The notes beneath the pieces are model-generated. The model saw only the letters and a list, made by a program, of their open reading frames with translations, had not been told where the DNA came from and did no database searches. From an uncultured Bacteroidota bacterium (lineage in GTDB: Bacteria; Bacteroidota; Ignavibacteria; UBA10030; UBA8401), in NCBI GenBank assembly GCA_963843065.1, contig CAWJKX010000196.1:1109-65108 (forward strand): 64,000 bases of DNA, in the 5' to 3' direction. The position numbers and the translations under genes were made by a program. Below, piece by piece: positions 1 through 8,800 of this stretch. Positions within the stretch are counted from its first letter, which is position 1. Every line of letters starts with the position of its first letter.

Positions 1-2
1 AC

Positions 3-1013
3 GTCACACTCTTCTGTTCTCGTTTCGAAGGCTCACCGGAAAAAGAAGAGATGAACGGCATTCATGTTATTCGTGAGGGGGGACGATCGTTCTTCAATTA
101 TCGTGTCCCGCAAAAATATTTCTCCACGTTCAAAGCGCAGAACTTCGACCTCGTGGTCGATGACATGAACAAGATTCCCTTTTACACACCCCTTTTCGTG
201 AAGGAGCCGCTGCTCGGTGTAACGCATCATCTCTTCGGAAAAAGTATTTTTCTCGAAGCCTCCTTCCCCGCTGCATCGTATGTGTATCTGACAGAGCGCG
301 CTGCACTTCCCATTTACAAACGATTGCGGTTCATCGTCGGTTCGCCAAGCACGCATAAGGAAATGCTGCACGCCGGCTTCCCGGAAGAACGGACGCATCT
401 TATCCACTACGGCGTCGATCATGACTCGTTCAGGCTCCTCGGGATTCCAAAAAGCCCAACACCTCTTATCGGTTTAGTCGGGCGGTTAAAAAAATATAAA
501 AGCGTCGACCATCTCATGGAAGCGTTCGTAATCGTCCGCCAGGAATTGCCCGCGGCGAAATTGCTCATCGTCGGCGACGGCGATGACAAATCGCGTTTGG
601 AAGCAATCGCTGAAAAGCTCGGAATATCAGAAGCCGTAACTTTTACAGGGTTCGTCAGCGAAGAACAGAAGGTCAAATATATGAACGAGATGCATGTCGC
701 CGTCAATACATCGGCAAAAGAGGGCTGGGGATTAACGGCGATTGAAGCAAACGCGTGCGGCACGCCGACGGTGTCAAGCAATGTGCAGGGGTTGCGCGAT
801 GCGGTTGTGGAGGGAGAAACCGGCCTGCTTTACGAGTACGGAAACCGTGAACAACTCGCCGAGAAGATATTGCTGATGCTGCGGGACGATCATTTGCGTC
901 AACGACTTGCCGAAAATGCAATACGGCGTTCAAAGCAATTCGACTGGAACGTTGCAGCTGAACAAACGATGGACGTCATCGGGAAGGTTCGCTTTGAGCA
1001 CCGCCGCCGATGA
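3..1013 (+). CDS. Glycosyltransferase family 4 (Glycos_transf_1); 5' end lies off-window
   Basis: The frame stays open from base 3, so the ATG at 51 is probably internal. The C-terminal half carries the GT4 signature SAKEGWGLTAIEANACGTPTVSSNVQGLRDAVVEGETGLLY. Confidence 0.85.
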   Translation, partial: VTLFCSRFEGSPEKEEMNGIHVIREGGRSFFNYRVPQKYFSTFKAQNFDLVVDDMNKIPFYTPLFVKEPLLGVTHHLFGKSIFLEASFPAASYVYLTERAALPIYKRLRFIVGSPSTHKEMLHAGFPEERTHLIHYGVDHDSFRLLGIPKSPTPLIGLVGRLKKYKSVDHLMEAFVIVRQELPAAKLLIVGDGDDKSRLEAIAEKLGISEAVTFTGFVSEEQKVKYMNEMHVAVNTSAKEGWGLTAIEANACGTPTVSSNVQGLRDAVVEGETGLLYEYGNREQLAEKILLMLRDDHLRQRLAENAIRRSKQFDWNVAAEQTMDVIGKVRFEHRRR

Positions 1014-1017
1014 AGAA

Positions 1018-1668
1018 TTAATCAAGCTTCTTCCGCAGCCAATCGCAGACATCCGCCAAACTCTCCCCGCTAATTTCATGTCCCATCGGATATTCTTTAT
1101 ACACAAAGTCCGCGTTTGATTTTGAGAACATGGCTCTTGTTTTCCGTGCCGCTGCAACCGGAATGACCGGGTCGTTAACGCCGTGCGTAATGATAAAGGA
1201 GCAATTGCTCAGCGCATTCCACTGAAAATCCAGATCCGGGTGGTCGCGGACGAAGCCGCTCTGCGCCACAACGCCGGCAAATTTTTCCGGATGTGTCAGA
1301 GACAATGCATACGACATGATCGTCCCCATGCTGAATCCTAATAAAAAAATTCTGTCAGCGTCAACTTCGGGGAGTGATGCAATGCCATCCGCAAATTCCA
1401 TCAGCCGTCTGTAGCTCTCCATGAACATGACTGGCTCGGCGGTGCCGTCATCGTTCAACTGAAAGTATGTATACCCGCCGAATTCGAACGGGTACGGCGC
1501 TCGTACGCTGAATACTGCCAGCCGCTCATCGAAATACTGCGCAAGTCCCAGCAAATCGTTTTCGTCGGCACCGCGTCCATGAAGAAGGATTACGGCGGGG
1601 GATTTTCCGCCGACAACGCGTCTTGGCTCAAGAGCTGTGTAGAAGAGGTTTGTCGCGACTTTATTCAT
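1018..1668 (-). CDS. Phospholipase/carboxylesterase-family alpha/beta hydrolase
   Basis: 216 aa. Has LLHGRGADENDL, the nucleophile elbow GFSMGT (G-x-S-x-G), THGVNDPVIP and a C-terminal GH (Abhydrolase_2 layout). Convergent with the GT4 gene; the stops are 4 bp apart. Confidence 0.8.
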   Translation of the reverse strand: MNKVATNLFYTALEPRRVVGGKSPAVILLHGRGADENDLLGLAQYFDERLAVFSVRAPYPFEFGGYTYFQLNDDGTAEPVMFMESYRRLMEFADGIASLPEVDADRIFLLGFSMGTIMSYALSLTHPEKFAGVVAQSGFVRDHPDLDFQWNALSNCSFIITHGVNDPVIPVAAARKTRAMFSKSNADFVYKEYPMGHEISGESLADVCDWLRKKLD

Positions 1669-1693
1669 TGCAAAACAGTAATGGGGAAAAAAA

Positions 1694-2281
1694 TTATTTG
1701 AGAATATTCTGGACGCCGACCCGGATCATCATCACTGCGATTGCCGCCATAAAGAGAGAGGCAACCTTGCCGAACGCCCGCGAGCCGGCAACACCCATCA
1801 CTTTCATCATGAATTCAGAAAAGTGGAAAACTAGCCACACAATAAACAAATTAACGAAGAGCGAGGCAATCGTCATCCAGTATCCATAATTGTCCACTAC
1901 GATGATGATCGAGGTTAGCGCGGCGGGACCCATGATAAGCGGAATACCGATCGGCACAACGCCAACCGACGTTCCCGGGTCGCGCTGGGTGTCTTTTGCA
2001 AAAAGCAATTCATAGACCGATAAGACCAGAAGAACAATTCCGCCGCCGATGCGGAAATCGTTTTCGGTGATGCCGAGAAATGAAAAGATAAGTTTTCCGG
2101 AAGCGAGAAACACGAGTGCAACGGCGCCGGCAGTAAGCGTCGCCTCGATCACGAGGCGTTTCTTCGCTTTTGCACCCATTCCTGAAGTAAGAGAAATGAA
2201 AATCGGAAGAGCGCCGATAATGTCGATGGCGACAAAAAGCGGAATAAACGCCATCAAAAGATTGTGGAGGGAAAATTTCAT
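1694..2281 (-). CDS. MarC/UPF0056 (NAAT) family integral membrane protein
   Basis: 195 aa and multi-TM. The N-terminus FIPLFVAIDIIGALPIFISLT is typical of the MarC family. Confidence 0.8.
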   Translation of the reverse strand: MKFSLHNLLMAFIPLFVAIDIIGALPIFISLTSGMGAKAKKRLVIEATLTAGAVALVFLASGKLIFSFLGITENDFRIGGGIVLLVLSVYELLFAKDTQRDPGTSVGVVPIGIPLIMGPAALTSIIIVVDNYGYWMTIASLFVNLFIVWLVFHFSEFMMKVMGVAGSRAFGKVASLFMAAIAVMMIRVGVQNILK

Positions 2282-2287
2282 TGCCGA

Positions 2288-2554
2288 TTATTCTACCGAG
2301 ATCCCCGCTCGCTTGAGCGATTCCCCGACAATGCGGAGAACATCGGACTCCGGAATCAACAAGCGTGCACCAGAGGTATGAATCGCTTGTGCAAGAGTCC
2401 CCTGCCGCTCGGAGAGAAAACTCCACACACAATAGCCGAGGCGGTTCTGATCGTTCGGTTCGCGCGTCGGAATTGTTGCAACGCTGGTGTAAGCAATTTT
2501 TTCGAGGGTGGAGGGGGAAAACTCTTTCACCTTCGCAGGGGGAACCGTTGTCAT
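2288..2554 (-). CDS. Hypothetical protein (88 aa)
   Basis: The ORF ends 6 bp upstream of the MarC start on the same strand, so it is operon-like. Composition looks ordinary for coding sequence. I recognise no motif. Confidence 0.4.
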   Translation of the reverse strand: MTTVPPAKVKEFSPSTLEKIAYTSVATIPTREPNDQNRLGYCVWSFLSERQGTLAQAIHTSGARLLIPESDVLRIVGESLKRAGISVE

Positions 2555-2660
2555 TATTGTACCTTCCTAACTGATGTTACACAAAACATTGAATTGTCCA
2601 CGAAGTGCACGAAGAGAAAGTGTTTTTTCCAGATTGTTCGCTGTCAAATTCTTTACACTA

Positions 2661-2858
2661 ACTAGAAGCTATCTCAAAAACTCCTAAAAATGTTATTCTG
2701 AACGGAGCGAAGCGGAGTGAAGAATCCATGACAATCATGCATTGTGAATCTACGAGGCTTCAATGTCGTGGATGCTTCTCCCGCCACAAAGCGGCGGGAT
2801 CAGCATGACATTTACAAATGCATTCTACATCGAAACCATTTTTGAGATAGCTTCTAGT
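2661..2858. mobile_element. MITE-like non-autonomous element (family A), 198 bp
   Basis: Perfect 20-bp terminal inverted repeats: ACTAGAAGCTATCTCAAAAA (2661-2680) and TTTTTGAGATAGCTTCTAGT (2839-2858). No ORF. Internal GC hairpin CCCGCC-N7-GGCGGG. TA sits on both flanks if the element is read as 2661-2857. Confidence 0.7.
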
Positions 2859-2905
2859 ATTGTCTCTACCATGGCAGATCTGAACCTTCGTGTTTCTTCG
2901 TGTTC

Positions 2906-3538
2906 TTAGTGGATTTTCCGCGCCGATAATTTTACCTGCACGTACTTGAGGATACCGGGAAGCAGCGAAACGAAAACGACGGCGACGATGACATAATTAA
3001 TATTTTTTCCGATATCCGGAATTGTCGAGCCGAGGAAATATCCGATCAGCAGCATGCTGGTAATCCACCCGACAGCGCCGATGACGTTGAACGAGGCAAA
3101 GCGCGTATACTTCATTTCAGCAATCCCCGCTACCACAGGTGCGAACGTCCGGGCAAACGGCATGAATTGTGCCATGACGATCGTAATCGGTCCGTAGTGT
3201 TCGTAAAACTCTTTTGTTTTCAATAAATGCTGTTTCTTAAAGAACCGGGACTCTTCCTTTGCATAGAGCGCATGTCCCCCTTTTTGCCCGATAAGATAGC
3301 CTGTCGAGTTTCCGAGGATTGCGGCAACAATCAGCAAGAAAATTAGAACTGTGATATTAAAATAACCGGCTGCTGCAAACAACCCGGCCGTGACAAGCAA
3401 TGAGTCTCCCGGCAGAAAAAAACCGACAAGCAGTCCGGTTTCGGAAAAAACAATCAGCGCCAGTCCGGGATAGCCAGCCCATTGGACAAGTTCTTTGACG
3501 TTGGTAAGTTTTTGGAAAAGCTCTTTAAATGCGTCCAT
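2906..3538 (-). CDS. DedA family (SNARE-associated) membrane protein
   Basis: 210 aa. Canonical DedA motif VFSETGLLVGFFLPGDSLLVTAG, followed by further TM segments. Confidence 0.85.
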   Translation of the reverse strand: MDAFKELFQKLTNVKELVQWAGYPGLALIVFSETGLLVGFFLPGDSLLVTAGLFAAAGYFNITVLIFLLIVAAILGNSTGYLIGQKGGHALYAKEESRFFKKQHLLKTKEFYEHYGPITIVMAQFMPFARTFAPVVAGIAEMKYTRFASFNVIGAVGWITSMLLIGYFLGSTIPDIGKNINYVIVAVVFVSLLPGILKYVQVKLSARKIH

Positions 3539-3661
3539 GATGATTTTCGATTTACAATTTGCAATTTACGATTGCCGAATACCGATTGTTGAATGACAAA
3601 TTGTAAACGCTTTTATGAAATTGAAGTTATCATTCGGAAATCGGCATTCGCCATTCGTCAA

Positions 3662-4495
3662 TCATCGAGCCGCCATTCCGAGCAACAACAAACCGAGCGC
3701 GATGCGATAAAAAATGAAAACGTATGTTGTATGGGTCTTAAGATAGCGCAGCAAGAATGCGATTGATGCGTATCCGACAATTCCCGAAACGAGCGTCGCT
3801 ACCACAACATTGACTATGCCGAGGTCGTGCATAAAATTGCGCATCTCATACAGTTCCAGCATGCCGCTGGCAAATACCGCCGGAACGCTGAGAAGAAACG
3901 AGAAGCGGGCGGCGTCTGATCGGTTGATTCCTAAAAACAATCCCGCCGTAATCGTGGTGCCGGAGCGTGAGGACCCCGGAATCAGCGCCAGCGATTGAGC
4001 GAATCCGACAATGAGGCTGTCGAGCCATGTAACGTTCGCCATTTCTTTTTTCCGTGAACCAACCTTCTCCGCCAGCCACAAAACGAGAGCGAGGACAATT
4101 GCGCTTATTCCGATAACGGTAAGGCTCTTGGTGAGAGTCCCTTCAATAATTTTCCTGAACGCGAGGCCGATCACCGCCACCGGCAATGTTCCCAAAATAA
4201 TATACCAGCCCATGCGCGCTCTGCCGAGGCCATTCGACGGCGACTGAACGTACCGTATCCCATCGACAAAAAAGCCTTCAATAATTTCGACAATGTCTTT
4301 AAAAAAATAGATAACCACAGCAGCCATCGTTCCAATTTGGATCACTGCAATGAATGCCGTCCATTCGTCCGGCCGGTCAGGATTAATGAGGCCGAGAAGT
4401 GATCCGGCAATGGTGAGATGCGCCGTACTGCTGACGGGAAGGAATTCTGTGATTCCCTGTATGATTCCGAGGAGAATCGAATAAAAAAGCGACAT
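3662..4495 (-). CDS. uppP: Undecaprenyl-diphosphate phosphatase
   Basis: 277 aa. BacA/UppP signature GIIQGITEFLPVSSTAHL and the second motif PGSSRSGTTITAGL. Confidence 0.95.
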   Translation of the reverse strand: MSLFYSILLGIIQGITEFLPVSSTAHLTIAGSLLGLINPDRPDEWTAFIAVIQIGTMAAVVIYFFKDIVEIIEGFFVDGIRYVQSPSNGLGRARMGWYIILGTLPVAVIGLAFRKIIEGTLTKSLTVIGISAIVLALVLWLAEKVGSRKKEMANVTWLDSLIVGFAQSLALIPGSSRSGTTITAGLFLGINRSDAARFSFLLSVPAVFASGMLELYEMRNFMHDLGIVNVVVATLVSGIVGYASIAFLLRYLKTHTTYVFIFYRIALGLLLLGMAAR

Positions 4496-4521
4496 TCGGT
4501 TACCCTATGAGAGTGGTGAAT

Positions 4522-4550
4522 AAAAAAAGAGGAGGCACCCGATCCTCCTC
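4522..4550 (-). terminator. Rho-independent terminator (minus strand)
   Basis: Read on the minus strand: GAGGAGG-N8-CCTCCTC followed by T7 (the + strand shows A7 at 4522-4528). Lies downstream of the T9SS gene and repeat block, 27 bp before the uppP start codon. Confidence 0.7.
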
Positions 4551-4651
4551 AACTAAATAATAAGACAAGATACCGAAATTTTGGAAACGACGCAAGAAAG
4601 GAGTAGTGTCCTAATTTGAATGGACATGTAAAAGGCCTGAGAATACCCATT

Positions 4652-4807
4652 ATCTCGTTCCCAAACTCTCCCGCTCCCGCGGGACAAGCTGTTTGGGAAC
4701 GTCCTGGCCCTGAAGCAGAGTTTCCGTGGATTGCGTTCCCAAACCAAAAGGGATCACTTCTGCCGAAGGCATCACTTCGTGAGTGACGAGGACGTTGGGA
4801 ACGAGAT
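4652..4807. repeat. REP/BIME-like mosaic palindromic element (GTTCCCAA/TTGGGAAC family), locus R1
   Basis: Bounded by 13-bp inverted ends ATCTCGTTCCCAA (4652) and TTGGGAACGAGAT (4795-4807). Internal heads are GTTCCCAAAC...GTTTGGGAAC and GCGTTCCCAA. The linker hairpin is CTGAAGCAG-like. Confidence 0.85.
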
Positions 4808-4860
4808 GAAAACGGAGTTTGGGAGCAAGGCAACAAGATCGCAGCGTGAAAATGAGGGGG

Positions 4861-4931
4861 AAACACAAAGGCCGGGGTGAACCCGGCCATTGTGTTTAAG
4901 TATTGTCATCGAACCGCAGCAATGCGGTTCG
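4861..4931 (-). terminator. Two stable hairpins just downstream of the T9SS-cargo gene (possible terminator or RNA-stability structures)
   Basis: AAACACAAaGGCCGGG-gtgaa-CCCGGCCaTTGTGTTT (4861-4897) and CGAACCGCA-gcaa-TGCGGTTCG (4910-4931). Neither is followed by a clean U-tract. Confidence 0.35.
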
Positions 4932-4943
4932 CTTGGTCTCTCC

Positions 4944-5786
4944 TTACTTCATCAGCAACATTTTGTTGACCTGCAAAAACGTGCCGGCTTTGAGCTCGTA
5001 GAGATACATTCCCGAAGCAAGTTTCGATGCATCGAACATTTTTTTGTAACGTCCTTGCGGCAGCTGGCCATCGACGAGTGTTTCAACCACTTGCCCCATC
5101 ACGTTATATACTTTTAACGTAACATGCTGCTCCTGCGCAATCGTGAACTCGATTTCGGTCGAAGGGTTGAACGGGTTCGGGTAATTCTGCAAGAGTTGAT
5201 AGGTCGACGGAAGAGCAAATCCCTTGCTCGCCACGCCTGTGACTGTATTATCCAAAACGAGATCGTCAATTAATGCATACGCGGTGATATGGCTCTTACT
5301 CGTGGTCGAGTTTGGCAGCATCATAATATTGATACTGCAAGTGTCGGCGGTCGTACTTGGATACATATCGACTCCAACTGCGAACGCCGTATACACAGAT
5401 TGGACCTGAAAGAATTTCTGCTCTCCAGCTCCCACAGTAGCACCCACTTTTGAAGCAAAAATGGTAACAAAAAATCCGTCCCCGCTATCCGATTTCAACT
5501 GATACCAGCCTTTTAATGAAAAAGAGGAACCGGCGGCAGGCGCTGCCTGATATAACTCTCCCGGCAACACAGCGATTCCCAGAAAAAGATAGTTGCCAAG
5601 CTTTACGGCGGCCGATCCGCTATGAGCGTTCGTACTTTCGGTAACAGATAAGATGTCAGTGGTCCAACCTGTAGGCAGACCGTTGGTCCACGACTCGAAC
5701 CCCCCATTCGTCAAGTAGTTGGTTTGGGCAGCCGTAATCATCACGAAGCAGAGCGTCAATAAAATCACAGGGTATAGAAGTTTCAT
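4944..5786 (-). CDS. Secreted protein with T9SS C-terminal sorting domain
   Basis: 280 aa from the ATG at 5786, which is preceded by AAGGAG. Signal peptide MKLLYPVILLTLCFVMITAAQT. The C-terminus is LLQNYPNPFNPSTEIEFTI...YLYELKAGTFLQVNKMLLMK. The ORF-track start at 5858 looks like an upstream extension. Confidence 0.8.
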   Translation of the reverse strand: MKLLYPVILLTLCFVMITAAQTNYLTNGGFESWTNGLPTGWTTDILSVTESTNAHSGSAAVKLGNYLFLGIAVLPGELYQAAPAAGSSFSLKGWYQLKSDSGDGFFVTIFASKVGATVGAGEQKFFQVQSVYTAFAVGVDMYPSTTADTCSINIMMLPNSTTSKSHITAYALIDDLVLDNTVTGVASKGFALPSTYQLLQNYPNPFNPSTEIEFTIAQEQHVTLKVYNVMGQVVETLVDGQLPQGRYKKMFDASKLASGMYLYELKAGTFLQVNKMLLMK

Positions 5787-6072
5787 GTTTTCTCCTTGTA
5801 AGTATGAATGATTTATTTGCACCCTCGAAGCCGGGTGAAGGGGAATTATGAGCGACAAGCTCCCACAATCTTATCTCTCTCGCTGGCACTTTTCGTAAAA
5901 CAAAAAGCCTCCGCCGACTTTCGCCGGCACAGGCTTCTACTTCCTCTTCACTACTTACTCCCCGCACATAAGAGTCCCTGCAAGGCTTAGCCGGGTTCCA
6001 TGTTGTATTGAGCAAATATCCGTCAATTCTCTGAGATTGTCAAGAAAGGGATGCGATCCCCGTCACTAATAC

Positions 6073-6677
6073 GATGAAATTTTTTGGATAGCGTTCTCAA
6101 ATTCAGGCCGTCGTATCTCGTTCCCAATCTCTGATTGGGAACGTTCTTACTCTGAAGCAGAGCTTCCGTGGATTGCGTTCCCAACGGGACGTTGGGAACG
6201 AGATGAAAAAAAGAAGAACGACCAATCAACGATGAGTGTGTAACATCCACTTTCGACCGCCGGTATCCCGTTCCCGAACTCAGGCCGTCGTACCTCGTTC
6301 CCAATCTCTGATTGGGAACGTTCTTACTCTGAAGCAGAGCTTCCGTGGATTGCGTTCCCAACGGGACGTTGGGAACGAGATGAAAAAAAGAAGAACGACC
6401 AATCAACGATGAGTGTGTAGCATCCACTTTCGACCGCCGGTATCCCGTTCCCGAACTCAGGCCGTCGTACCTCGTTCCCAAACTCTGTTTGGGAACGTTC
6501 TTACTCTGAAGCAGAGCTTCCGTGGATTGCGTTCCCAACGAAACGTTAGGAACGAGATGAAGTGATCACTCCGTATCGAGGACGTTGGGAACGAGATGAT
6601 ACGGTGAAATTTTTTGGATAGCGTTCTCACTTCCGAAGGAATCACTTCGTGAGTGACGAGGACGTTGGAAACGAGAT
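6073..6677. repeat. REP/BIME-like array, locus R2: 177-bp unit x about 3 plus extra heads
   Basis: CTCGTTCCCAATCTCTGATTGGGAACG recurs at 6117, 6294 and 6471. Units 1 and 2 differ at 1 of 177 positions. The flank motif GTGAAATTTTTTGGATAGCGTTCTCA occurs at both 6073 and 6603. Confidence 0.9.
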
Positions 6678-6694
6678 GATAATCTACAGCTCCA

Positions 6695-7957
6695 TTATCT
6701 TCTTCCAATCGCCACAGCCGCGTAAGGACTATTTGAACCTACAGCTATAACAAGATTTCCATTTACTGCAACACGGCCAAAAGAACCATTCGCCAGATAG
6801 GTTTGATCACGATAACTCTTCCAGCTAACGCCGTTAAAATGTTGCATATCACCATCAGCCCCCACAACAAACACATCGTTAATGTCATTGCCATGCACAG
6901 ATGTTGAATAGTAACTTGTGACCACGCCGCTTGGGTAAACACTCCAAGGGCTTGAATCTTGCAATGAATGCTTTTGCCCTATGCCCGCTCCGACAATGTA
7001 ATAGCACCTGTTGGGAACAAACCATACCCCGTTTATAGCACCCGATAGGCCGGTGCCATCAACCGATGCAACCGTTGTTCCCGTTATCTTTACAATTTTC
7101 ATATCAAGAGCAGTCGGATAATCTGACGCAATTGCAAGAATTTCTGTTTGATTTGTTTGCGCATTGTTCGCGCCATAAATGTCCTGAAAATCTAACATCG
7201 TTCCACTCTCGATCTTGGTCCAGGTAGTGCCGTTGTAATGAGCAATGAATCCATTATTGCCAACCACATATAAATTAGCGGAATTACCCCACATCTTTTT
7301 TATTCCTACTCCGATAAAAACCGAATCTATTGGGAGTTGCTGAATATTTTTGCCATTCCAATGGAACCATGGGTCAAGCCAAATATTGGTGTCATTGATC
7401 GCAAAAACAGAATGAACCACAGGAGGAAAACCCTGAAATAGAAGTTGTTGCACATTCCATGATTGTCCGTCCCATCTTGTAATATTATAAATCGTGCCAC
7501 CTTGATAAATTTCTCCCACTGCATACGCCAGGGTGTCATTAATTATTGCAACATCGAATAGAGCGCTGCTACCGCTGCCATCACCAAGATTGTATGTCGT
7601 CCAGGTAAAAACATGGCTTGTCGTATCCATCGTTGTTGCTTTTGTTGTAACGCTTGCTGCTCCTGCCAGAGAAAGCGTGTACGTATATGTGTGCGAGGGG
7701 GATAATCCCGTGTCTCGGATTGTCGTGTCCGTGCCAATTAATTTTATATTTGCCACAACAGAGGTATCTCTCGTAAGCTGTGCCGTGCGACTTACGAAAC
7801 CGGAACCAAGATGAAGTATAAGCCATGCCTCCGTGCAGTTTACATCGTTTACTGTCAATGCAAGGGTGCCGTCAGGCGGCGGTCCGACTGGGTTTTTCTT
7901 ACAGGTGAGTGCGCAAAGTGATAAAAGAAAAGGTAAAACGAATAAAACGTTTTTCAT
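6695..7957 (-). CDS. Probable lipoprotein, Ycf48/BNR-like beta-propeller (paralog 1 of 3)
   Basis: 420 aa. Signal plus Cys: MKNVLFVLPFLLSLCALTCKKNPVGPP. Recurring blades RWDGQSWNV, IAHYNGTTWTKIESGT and MQHFNGVSWKSY. Collinear with the proteins at 27188 and 28612. Confidence 0.7.
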   Translation of the reverse strand: MKNVLFVLPFLLSLCALTCKKNPVGPPPDGTLALTVNDVNCTEAWLILHLGSGFVSRTAQLTRDTSVVANIKLIGTDTTIRDTGLSPSHTYTYTLSLAGAASVTTKATTMDTTSHVFTWTTYNLGDGSGSSALFDVAIINDTLAYAVGEIYQGGTIYNITRWDGQSWNVQQLLFQGFPPVVHSVFAINDTNIWLDPWFHWNGKNIQQLPIDSVFIGVGIKKMWGNSANLYVVGNNGFIAHYNGTTWTKIESGTMLDFQDIYGANNAQTNQTEILAIASDYPTALDMKIVKITGTTVASVDGTGLSGAINGVWFVPNRCYYIVGAGIGQKHSLQDSSPWSVYPSGVVTSYYSTSVHGNDINDVFVVGADGDMQHFNGVSWKSYRDQTYLANGSFGRVAVNGNLVIAVGSNSPYAAVAIGRR

Positions 7958-8001
7958 GTGAACTCAGTAATATAAAGAGGCAAGTGTTCAAAAAAAGTTT
8001 T

Positions 8002-8112
8002 ATCTCGTTCCCAATCTCTGATTGGGAACGTCCTTGCTTTGAAGCTGAGCCTCCGCGGATTGCGTTCCCAATCCCAAGGGATCACTTCGTGACGGGACGT
8101 TGGGAACGAGAT
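8002..8112. repeat. REP/BIME-like element, locus R3
   Basis: ATCTCGTTCCCAATCTCTGATTGGGAACG ... GCGTTCCCAA ... CGTTGGGAACGAGAT. Lies between the lipoprotein start and the hydrolase stop. Confidence 0.85.
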
Positions 8113-8125
8113 TATGAGATTGAAT

Positions 8126-8800
8126 TTATTCAGAAGCATTTTGCAAAACCGCTGTCGGCTGCCGGTGCCTGTCAATCCAATACGCCCACAACACAAGGAG
8201 CCAGACGGCCATTGCAACGACGGCGAGCGCAATAACATTCGGCGGCGGACCTCCGTGATATTTCCGGCAGCTACAAGAACAAGAAATATAATGAACGACC
8301 AGAACGAATATTTCCCCACACGGTCAACAGCGGTAGTTGAGCGGAGGTACAACACAATGCCGATTACGAAAAGAGCGCCTTCAACGATGATCGTCGCGGG
8401 GATAGAATTCCACAAGCCAAGCCCGACGTACGTCTTTACACCCGGCACGATCGGCAAATCCGGCCGATGCACAATCAGGTCAAGAAGCCAGTGGCTTAGC
8501 ACGCAGGCCGCAAGAATCCAGGCATTCCTGGCGGAACGGCGGACGGCATAGTACACCGCTCCGAAAACAATTGCCCATCCAATCCCCGTCAGAAGACTGT
8601 GCGATACCGGATAATCGTAGAAGTCGAGGGGCGTATAGGCCGTGTCGCCCGGATTGATTCGCACGTGCTCAATACCGAGCAGCAAAAAAATCGGCCAGAG
8701 CAGGTCCACAAATTGGGCAGCCATGAATGAGTGTGCCGAGCGAAACTTTCGGCGCAGCTTTTTTTGCTCCCAGCGCAACTGCAAAATGTCCGATGAACAT
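8126..8800 (-). CDS. Membrane-bound metal-dependent hydrolase (YdjM/DUF457-like); two frameshifts as assembled
   Basis: AGGAGG-N5-ATG at 8800 gives MFIGHFAVALGAKKAAPKVSLGTL. The middle part (track ORF 7954-8784) reads FMAAQFVDLLWPIFLLLGIEH...HWLLDLIVHRPDLP. The original frame resumes as GGPPPNVIALAVVAMAVWLLVLWAYWIDRHRQPTAVLQNASE, with a stop at 8126-8128. Total length is 675 nt (225 codons). Confidence 0.7.

Noticed and set aside
6023-6538. 171-aa ORF with a repeating peptide (GTQSTEALLQSKNVPNQRLGTRYDGLSSGTGYRRSKVD...). Similar ORFs occur at 4549-4890, 6457-6708 and 15202-15681.
   Set aside because: These are translations of the REP/BIME-like arrays. Their periodicity mirrors the DNA repeat, equivalent ORFs appear in several frames and strands, and they have no RBS or start context.
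6023-6708. Regularly spaced repeats that could be mistaken for a CRISPR array. The same applies to 15165-15626.
   Set aside because: The period is 165-187 bp, not about 60-75 bp. The inter-repeat segments are themselves identical between units, so there are no unique spacers. The repeats are paired palindromes of a dispersed family found at other loci, and no cas genes are present.
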